A model generated the notes under the pieces. The model did not search any database. It was not told the DNA's origin and saw only the letters and a list, made by a program, of their open reading frames with translations. A program made the translations under genes and the position numbers. Of a stretch of DNA of 64,000 nucleotides, positions 53,015-64,000 are shown in pieces (position 1 is the first letter of the stretch; each line of letters begins with the position of its first letter). Origin of the DNA: Callorhinchus milii (lineage: Eukaryota); the NCBI RefSeq assembly GCF_018977255.1, contig NW_024704743.1, positions 45,634,001 through 45,698,000 of the forward strand, written 5' to 3'.

Positions 53015-53425
53015 AGTCTGGCTCCGTTGGTAGCACTTTGCATCTGAGTCAGAATGTTGGGAGTTAAAACTCTGCATTTAGACTTTGAGCTCACAGAGTG
53101 GGGGGCTGACACTCAACTGAGGTGCTAGGGAAGTGCTGAGTTATCCGAGGTGCTTTTCTTCAGATAAAATATTAAACAAAGGTCCTGTCTGCCTGTTCAT
53201 GTGGCACTGAATCAAAAAGAGAAGGGAGTTTCTCCAGATGTCCGGGCCAAAAACACTCCAGATAAAATTGTTTTTTACATGGCTGATTGTAGGACATTGC
53301 TGTATGTAATATTGGCTGTATTTGCCTACAAATACACAGTCACTACACTTCACAGTACGTCCTGCGTAGCAATTTGACATATTTTGATTTAATAAAATGC
53401 TGTATCAAATATAATGATTATTTAT
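53015..53425 (+). mobile_element. Older Deu-domain SINE
   Basis: tggctccgttggtagcac..tctgagtcagaa head and degenerate tail. Confidence 0.7.
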
Positions 53426-54391
53426 TATAATATATTAGTAAAAAGTTCAGAGAACAATTAAATAATAGAACATTTAAACAAGCAATAACTTTGTGAACTA
53501 TCTTAATTACCCACTTAGTCAGTACAACAATGGTGCCCTGTCAGCAAGATGGTTAGTTATCCTGTTCAATCCTTAGAGTTTTATTGGCCTAGATAGTTCC
53601 AGCTGTCATTTAATGGATTGCTATGGAAATATGGTACAGTACTCTAAATGCAGATACCATATGCTGATCAGAACAAGAACAGCAGCAGTTTGAATGCAGT
53701 ACCAATGCCAAACAGCCCTTTTAATTTTGCAGGGCAATGTGAGGTGAATGCAATGCAGATTAATTGTATTTAAAATCTCAAACAGCATGTCAGATTTGAT
53801 GTATATTTTTTAAAAATTAGGACCAACCATTGTGAATATATCAATGGAAATTCAGTGACTTTCCACTTACCTATCCTATTAGCATGGTGTGGCCTCTGAC
53901 TCATAAGAGAAAACAAAGGCACAGATGGTTGGATAAGAACAAAACACTGGCACAGGAGAAAAGCTTAAGCAAAGACAATAAGAACTCTGATGTGACAAGA
54001 AGCAGCAGTACTAGGTGAAGAAACCACGGAAATGGAATTGGCATTACAGAAGGTGTGGCAAGCAGATACTGTTTGTGTTTGTAAATGAGCTCAGTGGAAA
54101 GATCACTGGATTGGAACCAGTGAAGGACAAGGATAGAAAAAGAAAGTTAGGAGGTAGGCAACTCACATAACTGTCAGAGGTATGACCAAAAAGAGAGGTA
54201 CCACCGGATAGTGTTCAGACTCCAATTGGGTAATGCAGTCAGGTTGTACAATTAGGTAAAACTGGGTAAAACTGGAGAGTTGGGTGAGTAAACAAAAGGG
54301 AGAGAGAGACACAAGTGACACTTGAGGAAGAAATAAAAAAATAATAATAATCCTTACATTTGATACAGTGTCTTATCATGTCTTCAAAATA

Positions 54392-54937
54392 CAGTGTCAG
54401 CCGCTTTAGCAGGACCCCGGTTAACACCAGTAAATCGGATAAAATACCCAGATTCATTTATATTATTACCTGTTTTAAATATTCTATTAACTTGGGCAAA
54501 AATTGGTTTATCCAGACAAAATGCCGCTGGTTACCACTGAGTGTATTCACTCTGTCTTGAGCGGCTCAGGGATGGAGATGAGAGGAGTCGAATTGCGATT
54601 GATTGACAGCGGACTCCAGCCATTCACAAGTGGTTCTAGACTGTCAATCAGTGAGGGGGCGGAGGAATGGGGCAGAAACATGGGAAGGAATGGGGAGGAG
54701 TCAATTTGTAATTGATTGACAACTGCAGCCGCTTGTGAACATCCATTCACTTCAGGCTGTCAATCACCTTGGAGCCACTGCTAACTTATCCCCATCCTAT
54801 CTGATGGGAATGGCAATGAGAGGGGGAAGGCACCTCCACTGCTCCTCTACTGGTCAGGAAGAGGTAAGAGAACTTTAGTTCGCCTCGGACTTCGCTTAAA
54901 TTGGACAAAATGGTTGGCCATGATGTGGCTTCCACTG
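54392..54937. mobile_element. Tc1/mariner (pogo/Tigger-like) MITE with TA target duplication
   Basis: TA|CAGTGtcAGCCgC ... GtGGCTtcCACTG|TA; removing it restores a minus-strand SINE tail (cttatcatgtcttcaaaaTAtctcaaagcgcttcac). Confidence 0.75.
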
Positions 54938-55197
54938 TATCTCAAAGCGCTTCACAAGATTTATTGTAAAGTGTAGTGATGGTATTTGTAAATTTGTAAA
55001 TTTTTGTGCACACCAAGGTCCCACGAACAGCTATGAAATGGATGATCAATTTTACCTGGAGGATTGTTAGCTGGGACACAAGGAAAAATTCCCTTCTCTT
55101 TTCGAAAAGTGCCATAGGATCTTTGATGTCCATCTGAACAGGCTGACAGGACCTTGGTATAATAGTAATACATCTTGCATTTGATATAGTGCCTTGT

Positions 55198-55497
55198 GGA
55201 GTCCTGTAGCTCAGTGGTTAGAGCACTCGCTTTGCAAGTGAGAGACCTGAGTTCAATTCCAGGCAGAGCGAAAATTGGGGAAGTTTCCTTACTCCACACG
55301 CCTAATAATAATTCCTCCAAAACCAAAAACAATAATAAATTGGTCATTTTCAATCTACGACTGTTTGTGGGACATTGCTGTGCGCAATTGGCTGCCGCGT
55401 TCGCCCACAAATATACAGTCAATTCACTTTACAGTGTGTTCTGTGAAGCGCTTTGGGACGTCCTCCCGATGTGAAAAGCACTATATCAAATGCAAGG

Positions 55498-55534
<37 letters not shown>
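55198..55534 (+). mobile_element. Young short-form SINE nested in an older minus-strand SINE (55160-55880)
   Basis: Flanks gatatagtgccttgt and cacgtc..ctcaaagcgcttcacag rejoin as a minus-strand tail. Confidence 0.92.
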
Positions 55535-55535
<1 letters not shown>

Positions 55536-57759
55536 CACGTCGTTAAAACTTCTCAAAGCGCTTCACAGGATATACTGTTAAGTGGATTGACTGTATTTTG
55601 TGGGTGAAACACAGCAGCCAGTTACACACTGCAGTGTTCCACAAACAGCCATGGATTGAGTGCCCAATTTTATTTGGGGGATTGTTGGCCAGGAGGAGAA
55701 AGTCCTCTTTTCAAATAATGCAATGGGATCTTTAACATCCACCTGAATAGGCTGACAGGACCTCAGTTTAACGTCTCATCCGAAGGACAGCAACTGCGAT
55801 AAAGCAATCCCCCCAGCACTGCACTGGAATGTCAGCTTAGACAATGTGATTCAAAGTTCCAACATGGGGCTTGAACCCACAACAACAACAACAACAACAA
55901 CAGCAACAAGATTACATTTGTATAGCGCCTTTCACATCACTAAGCTACAGGACTCCAATGCCATTCAAACAGTTTGGAGAGAAATTTCAGCTTTGACACT
56001 GGCAGTAAGTTTAGTATTTAATTACGCAAGAGGGAAAACAAGATGAAATATAAGAACTTAGTGAACATTCTACTTTTTGGGCCGGGGAAATTCCAAGTGT
56101 CAAGAGTTATCCTACAAGTCTGTGAATTGTACTGTGGCACAGCTGTGTCCTTTCCATCAGCCGCAACGATGACAAAGAAAAGAATGAATAAGATTTTGAA
56201 TATGATTTAATTTCAGCAGTAGGTCTTAGAAGGCAACACAGAGAAACACAGAGTGGTAGAGTACAACCAAATATTGCAGATAGAGCAAACACATGACAAG
56301 CTCACAACTCACAAAATGTGACCAGGGTTTTATCCATGGCTCTGTGTTGAGGAGTGGCCATTCAGAGGCAGATAGCAAACATTATGGGCCATTTATTGAC
56401 AAAATAAGATTGATATTGATATTGATACCTTGATCATAAGATTGACATTGAACTCCGTAAAATCTCTGAACAATCAGATTCATGCCTCAGTCTATTAGTT
56501 GATAAAAGGCTTCTTCTAAATGAAAGCAGTCAAGATATAACATGTCCTGAAACAACCAGTTTGTGTATATCTGGGGCTGGGTACAGTCCATTGCTATAGG
56601 GCGATTAACTTGTTTATTTAAAAACTACATGGGTGATCAAATGTGAAACAACTATGCTATTAAGGCTAGCCAATAGACAGGCCTACTGTGCCCCCATTGG
56701 TGAGGTTGGTATTTTGGTCACCATCAATTTCAAATGAATCAAACCGAGTGTGGAAAAATTAGCCTGGATAATGAGATGCTTTCAGTATTGAGGCACCCAC
56801 AAAACACTTCAATAATGAGGGCAACCCACTGGAAAGGGTGGGGGAAATTCAGGAGAAAAATATTAACCTTCGAACCTTCATTGCGTCCTGTCTCTGGGTC
56901 AATATTACTTTATCATAATGTACTTCGACCCCTGTTACCTCAATCAATTCAGTGAGCCTGCTGGATAAATATTATTTCTGACTGGTAGTCAATATGTATC
57001 CTCTGTGCCTAAAAGCTGTGACACACTTGAAGTAAATTGAAATGAGGCGATACATACTTTATGCCAGTAAAGGGATATCTACTTCAAACAGTTCATGAAG
57101 CTTGTTCACTGCATTTTATATTGCACTATAATGTTACCTTTTTTAAGAAGAGCCTTAGTTTATCTCTTGATTCCATAGACTAAGACTTTGAGGATCAATC
57201 TCATGCCCCCATTCTAGATTAGCATTGGTAGTTAAAAGGAAGCATTCCTTTGGGATGATTGTTGTTTGTTAAGAAACCTTTCTCATAAATGTCGATCAAC
57301 ACCTGAAAGGTTAATGTTGATGTAACTCTTTCTCTGAACTCAATATATAAGAGGCTGACGTGCGTGTGAGAAGCAGACAGCTATAGTGTGTTGAAATTAA
57401 CTGACACTTGGGTTGTTTTATGATGTACCTGAGAGTTTATTGCAAAAACACTGAATAAATAAATGGAAATTAACATATTAAATGTCATTTGATCCATCAA
57501 GTTTGTCTCCATATGTCCTGCCCTTTCCTTTGTTGACTTGTACTATAGACCAGACCATCTGCTATTGTACTAAAGCAACTGAAACGTGTTAGAGATTTCA
57601 AAACCATGCTGTCACATCATAATATGCTGTCCTACAGCAACGCAAAGAAAAACAGTCTAACTGTTGGGAAAATGACACTTTTATTGGTTTCAGGATCCAT
57701 GGACCAAAAGGAATCAGCTCGGATTAATGCTCTTAATCACTCTCCAGGGATCCTGATGG

Positions 57760-58065
57760 AAAGTGTGTTAAAGGATTGAAAAAGTAAACCAAGATCAAGA
57801 CTTTGGGATGCAACAACACAGTAGAACAGATTTAGAGATCTAAAGGGCAATTTCAGGACAGATACTAGAAAGTTTTTCTTTACGCAGGGTAACGAATAAC
57901 TGGGACAGGTCACCAGGAAAGGTAGTAGAAGCCAGGACACTGGACTCATTTGAAAAAAGCTTGATGCTGTGATAGGGAGATGGTACAGTGGGTGTACTGG
58001 GTGGATGAGATCGGATTGGCTGAAGGGCCTTCTTCATTCCAAACCAGTTTTGTAATCTTATGATC
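57760..58065 (+). mobile_element. Degenerate CR1-like 3' fragment (related pieces near 42290-42420, 45520-45735, 61560-61865)
   Basis: aagggcaatttcaggacagat..tttttctttacgcag and agcttgatgctgtgat..aagggccttcttcat shared among copies. Confidence 0.65.
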
Positions 58066-59914
58066 AGGAAGGAAAGGGAATGGACTCAACTATCATAGCC
58101 CTTGTGGTTTAACACTAAATGAAGAATAGTAACTTTGGTGAAGTACCAGAAGACAGATGGCACTTGAAGAATTGTAACCCAGCACAAACAAGCTCTTTCA
58201 GAGAGAAAATCCAAAGAAACACAAGCCTACACTCAAATTCAATTTCTTGTCTCCCTTTCTTTTTTGTTCAGTTGGACATCAGAAACCCATCACCGTGCTT
58301 CAGAGTATCCAAACCAGGCAGAGAGTTCAATGCGTGCCACCTACACATGGAAATTCTTGTGTTTGGAATGGAATGCGCACTCTCCTCCAGAGAGTATTAG
58401 GCACAGTTGACAAAAGCCAAGGTTGAGGACCCCAGAGTATACATTAAGATACTGCTGGAGTTTATCCAGTTAAAACCACATAGTTTGTCATTGAGCTCCC
58501 CCCTCCTCCCTATACACACACACCAAAGAGGATAGTTTTGTTTCCCAAATAGCCTTTGGCAACATGTAATGATTATCAACCCTCACACACATCCCTGTAC
58601 CTAAATCAGCATTGAGGTAGCATCTTAGAAATTTGTTCTTCAAATAAGTTACATGAGGATATTTACTATGAGCCATCTGGATATTAATGAGATAGGACTG
58701 TTTCCTGTTTTGAAAGCAGTTTCTATCTCTTGAGGGACACATATGCAAATACAATTGTGCAAGTACGATATGCTGTTGAAGACACCATTAACATCTTATA
58801 CCCTTGCCAGGTTATAAATATCAATTTTGCCTTGTGTAGCATTGTGTAGAAATGCATGATCTCAAATGCTCACTTAACTGCAAGACTAAGTACACAGGGA
58901 GATTTGGCTCAATATGCTAAATTGGTGTTTGGAAACACCCAGTGGTCAGAAATGCAAATGCAGCTTTTAATTTAAATCAGTAGCAACAACAACAACAAAT
59001 TACATTTGTATAGCGTCTTTCACGTCAGGAGGCTGTCCCAGGATGCTGGATGACAACAACAGTTATACTTGTATAGCGCCCTTCACGTTGGAAAGACCTC
59101 TCAGGACGCTGGACAATCAGGGGTTTTGGACCCGAGCTGGGATTTGGGGTTGTCCAAATGAACTTGTTTCCTTTAACTGATCTCTGATCAGGCTAGTAAA
59201 GTCAGTTGGCCAGGGTCTATTATATACCCACATCCTTATCTTTAATATGTTTTCAACCTTTGATAAAGTGCTGCACTGGGCATTATGCCAACCTCCCACC
59301 AGGTGTAACCAATATATGAACATATGAAAGAAGTAAATGAGAAAAACATACACAGCCCATTGCTTTTGCAGAGTATACACTTGACCCCACACACTTTATT
59401 GGGGGGAAAGGGGGGAACTTGTATAGCTTCCCACTTATTAACCATTGTCTGTGCGCATCAGGGCACCTAGTTTTGCCCACAAAATACTTTACGGTATATC
59501 CTGTGAAGCTTTGAGACGTCTCAACGATGTGATAATGTGCTGTATTAAATGCAAGGATTATGATCTTTACCTATCTATTTTTCACACAGGAATGTAGAAT
59601 TCTCTGTTCTAGTGACAAAACTTGGGGTGACAAAACATTTAAAAAAAATTTTTTTTTTTCATTTTTTGAAAAACATTTTTTTCCCCAAAAAAGCTGGACA
59701 CATTGTTAAGCAAGAATGAAGTTCAGCGATTTGGGGCAAAACACAGGATATGGGACAAGGAATAAGATCTAGGAGAGTTAGTTGTGTGGAGTATAAACAC
59801 CAGCTGGAAAGGACAGACAGGACTATACACATACACACACAAACATATATATGGAAGTGCACATCCACGGGCACATGCATGCACAGATGCATACAAAGTA
59901 CAAACACAAGTCAT

Positions 59915-60265
59915 CCTGGCTCAGTTCGTAGCACCCTTGCCTCTGAGTCAGAGGTTATGGATTCAACTCCCAAATCTGGACTTTCAGCTCATAGTCTACT
60001 TCTGAAAACGCAGTGTCTGCCATCCTCAAATGAGACATTAACTGAGGTCTCATCTGCCTGTTTAGATGGGCAATAAAGACCCCAATGCTACTATTTGAAA
60101 AGAGAAGGCAAATCAAATTGGTCACTCACTTCATGGCTTTTTGTGGGATATTGGTGTACGCAAATTGCCTCAAGATACACAACCACTACACTTTACAGCA
60201 AAATCCTGTGAAGTGCTTTGAAATGTTTCGATAAGGTGCTATGTCATATATAAGGATTATTAATA
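59915..60265 (+). mobile_element. Older Deu-domain SINE
   Basis: tggctcagttcgtagcacccttgcctctgagtcagagg head; degenerate tail. Confidence 0.72.
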
Positions 60266-60919
60266 CTTAACATACAACATCAAGGAGCATAGCAGAATGA
60301 GACAAGTCAGCTTGAGGTGCTCTCATACAGCTGGTTTGAGAGCATCATTGGCAGAGGTCAGGTTGCAAATCAGGCACTCACCTTCGCACTTTGAGAACAG
60401 TGCTAGACACAGGAAAATATAATGGAGAACTGTATTTGTCCTCTCATACTCAAGTACACACTGCTGCTAAGCAGCTTAAGTGCTCCAGCAGCAACACTTT
60501 CTAAAGGTGTCAGTGGTTTTCCATTGAGCAAGACAGAATCATCATGAAAAAAGAGTTGTCAGATACATAAACAGAGATTCAGTCACAGGTCGTTTGTGAA
60601 CAGATGAGAAAAAGGCAACTCCAACTTAATACTGAAAAAGAGCGACCTTAATGAAACTGACTGCACCAAAGAGATTACAAAATGCTGGCAATAGGCTCAT
60701 CATTCAAATATCAACATAATTTGTAGTACATTCCTCACCGCCAGATGTTAGAGAACAATATAACACTTTGATCATTGAAAACGCTTTGTATCTTTCTGCT
60801 AATTCTTTTGCTTTACACACAAGAGTGATTTACATTGAGTGAACTGTATTGTCCCAATTCCGAATGTACCTGGATGTGCAGGAGGCAGACAATACCCTGC
60901 TCTCCAACACCATTCTCAA

Positions 60920-61535
60920 TACAATACAAAATTATATTTGCAAAGTGCCTTTTATATTGGGAGGATGTCTCAAGGCGCTGAACAATGAGGGATTAGGACC
61001 TGAACAGGAGGGGGTGGGGCAGGGGGTGGGGGGGGCAGTGCGCGCAGTGGGGGGAGTTGGGATCAGGGAGGGTAGAGGGCCAAGAGGGCTTTAGATGCTC
61101 AGTCCTTGAACATATTCAAGACTGAGATTGATAGATTTCTTGTGGATAAAGGGATTAAGGGATATGGGGATAAGGCGGGTAGGTGGAGTTAGAAAAGATC
61201 AGCCATGATCTTATTGAATGGTGGGGCAGGCTAGAGGGGCCGAATGGCCTACTCCTGCTCCTATTTCTTATGTTCTTATGGTAGGAGGGTGGCGAAAGGC
61301 ACGGTCGAAGAGGAGGGTCTTGAAGGTCGGAGTGACAAGGTCACAGAAGGCAGCATGGATGCTGATGCTGCCAGTGCCTAAGGTGTTGAGGCGCTGGCGT
61401 AAGCCAATCAGGAGGTTCCTCGGTCTTGCTGACGTTCAAGTTGGTTCTCATCCAGGACTTGATGTCTGACAGGCAGTCTGTCAGGACATTAGTGGTCCTG
61501 GGGTCTAGGGTGGAGGCAGAGAGATAGAGTGATAA
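60920..61535 (-). mobile_element. L2 fragments (minus) interrupted by a CR1 3' end (61090-61280, plus)
   Basis: LTDCLSDIKSWMRTNLNVSKTE in ORF 61341-61538; gggccgaatggcctactcctgctcctatttcttatgttcttatg CR1 tail. Confidence 0.8.
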
Positions 61536-64000
61536 CAAAGCTATGGTTCTTCAGTCTTGAGAGAAGACAACTTGACAAGAGATAGAGGTTATAACATTTT
61601 AAATAGGATTGAGAAAGTAAAATCAGAACAATAGGGTGCACCAAGACAGTAGAACAAAAGGACATAGAGTTAGAGTTGTGAAGGGTAATTTCAAGACAGA
61701 TACCAGAATTTATTTTTCTTTGCTCAGAGTGTAATTAATGACTATAACAGGTTGAACTAAAAAGCAGCTTTATAGTGTAGGGAGGAGTGTAGGGTGCATG
61801 TTTTGGAGCGATGAGATCAAAGGTGCCAAAGGGCCTTCTTCATTTGAACCAATCTTGTGATTTTGAGATCTTGTGGTCCATGAAGGATCAGATTCAACTC
61901 ATGAGATTGTGGTATTCGAGTGCCGGTTAGTGGGATAATGATTTTCCACTGACACAAAACTAGGAGTATGCACGATTGAATGAAACACAGTTTCTGTTTT
62001 ACCCCTCCCACCTCTCTCCCCCCAACTCCCCTCCCCCCCACTCTTTCCCCGCCACCTCCCCCTCCCCCCCACCAATCCATCACGGCTAATGGGCAGAGAG
62101 CCAAGCTTCAGTCTGAACTCTGCAATGTGAAGCCCCTCTTTGCAGGGCAGACAGTGGAGCCTGACCCACATTCACAAAAGGTACTCACCATCCATAGAGA
62201 TTGCAAATCTGAACCTTTGGTCTGTGATTGCAATACCCGAGGTAATTTACATCCTTAAAATGAACACTTCTAAAACCTGGTCCATTCAGCAATTAGATTT
62301 TAAATACTGCCCTTTGAACTTGAATTTTCAGAAAGTAATTTAGTTTTTTGCTCAGTGCAATATGTTCCAAAGTAAACAGGTCTGGGCAACAGCCCACTTG
62401 GCAAGAGACTCACATAGTCGACTGTAGGGGACCGCTGCCCTTTGGCAATGAGAACATGGAACTGCGTGAGCTGCTGTGGACTGAGGACTTTGGCACGGAT
62501 ACCCTGTCAATTTCAGAGAAACTGAAGCATTGTGTGGAGCTGAGTTGTTGCAGCTACAAATGCAGCTCATGTCCATCTGCTTCCTGCTGCTGACTCACTT
62601 TGACTCACTTTGAAACCTTTATTTTTAAAAAAACAAGTTCAGTCAAAAATGTTTACAGGACACAATCTCATGATATTGGCATAACAAAAGATTTTAAAAT
62701 GAGGCACAAAATGGGACTTGGATCAATCTATGCTGCGCATTCCAGCTGGACTACATTTTAGAATACTACCCTGTTGTAATATAAAGGCCCCTTTAATTTC
62801 AATCTATTGCAGTATGTGCTATTGCAATCAAAAAGATCTGGAGAATGACGATTGCACAATGTTTGTGCAGGATACTTTAGTTTGTTTCCATCCTCAGAGG
62901 CTGAATCATTTCAGCATTGAATCTGGGAACAGAAAACTCCACACAGACCTTTTGTCATATTGTAATCAATACGCTCTTTTGGGGCAATACAGATAAAGCT
63001 CTCCATCAGGTTCAAAAAAGACTCTGAGAAGATATCCCTGCAAAACTAGGCACTTTCATAGAATCAAAGGCTTGACCAACTTTTCTGGCTCACCGGTGAG
63101 ATTTGGAGGTGTAGATCTTGAAAATCGAAGCTCTTTCAGGTAGCTGGCCAAGTTACAGTACTTTGTATTAAAACTGCATGGTTATTATTGTTAATTCTCC
63201 TGTGCTGCAGTGTCCAGTTGCTTTTAACTTTTTAGCATGGCTCACTTTAGCAGGGTGTTGTGCTAAATTTTCTAAATTTAAAAAAAATATTGTTGCATAT
63301 TAATCTGGTTTAATTTGGGATGAGGTACAAACATGACAGTACAATAAAGTCTTTGTAATAGCTCAGTTTGAGAGCCATCCTAGAGCATACAACATAAAAA
63401 AGATCAAGTTGGAACAGAACAGGAAGTAAAACCTTAATTCGTATCACAATATTGTTAATAAAAAAGACAATAGATCTTCTTTAGTTACGGCCTCGCTTTG
63501 ATCTTTGCTGAAGAGTACATGGTGTAAATCAATATGTCTTCATATTGACAGCAATTACCCAAGAATCACTTTGAGACTTTGTGAAGTTATTGTCTGTAAC
63601 ATTCATCAACTTTATTACTTTATTACATAGAGCTATTGAGGTCTAATTTATAGTAACCATAAAAAGATTTCTAGTCTGAATGAATTCAGGATGTGTCATA
63701 GACAACTCCCCGGTAGTCTGACCTTATTTCTAACTTCTGAGAAGCAATGTACAAATTGGCCACCGCATCCCCAGGTTTGCTCATTGCTAATCTTTTGTGA
63801 CTGGCACAAGATAGACCTCCTCATGTGCTAACAGCTCATTTTAGATCAGCAGAAAATAATTCCCTATGGTCTCTTGGCGAGAAATGGCTCAGTGAATAAA
63901 AGCATCAAGATATACAGATCATGAGATATCATGTTTGATTTGGATCCTGTTAAATTAGCTGATTTCAGCCAATACAGCAGTTGGGATACGACAATTGGTC

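Overview
Eukaryotic (vertebrate) genomic DNA, AT-rich and repeat-dense. The repeat set (tRNA-Ala-headed Deu-tail SINEs, L2 and CR1 LINEs, Penelope remnants, AmnSINE2-like relics) points to a cartilaginous fish, possibly a chimaera (inference). The only recognisable host gene is the 5' end of SLC4A7 (NBCn1 Na+/HCO3- cotransporter) on the minus strand. Its first coding exon (34767-34814, MEQNRQHEQLRPLLSL) lies in a CpG island, a ~33.5 kb intron follows, and then an 82-nt exon (1191-1272, RHDEEAIVDLGKTSTVVNTNFETEELE); the gene continues off the left edge. 35-64 kb is upstream intergenic sequence. Nearly all ORFs in the track are repeat-derived or spurious. I cannot claim a new biological system. 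The best leads concern SLC4A7 5' architecture: two candidate internal first exons, a 31-bp-phased CCAAT array, about a dozen copies of the exon-1 splice donor behind a G-triplet minisatellite, a perfect 34-bp long-range inverted repeat covering an acceptor-like sequence, and an intact Penelope-type minimal hammerhead motif on the pre-mRNA strand. Repeat boundaries were read by eye and are approximate; family names and human reference peptides are from memory, not from a search.
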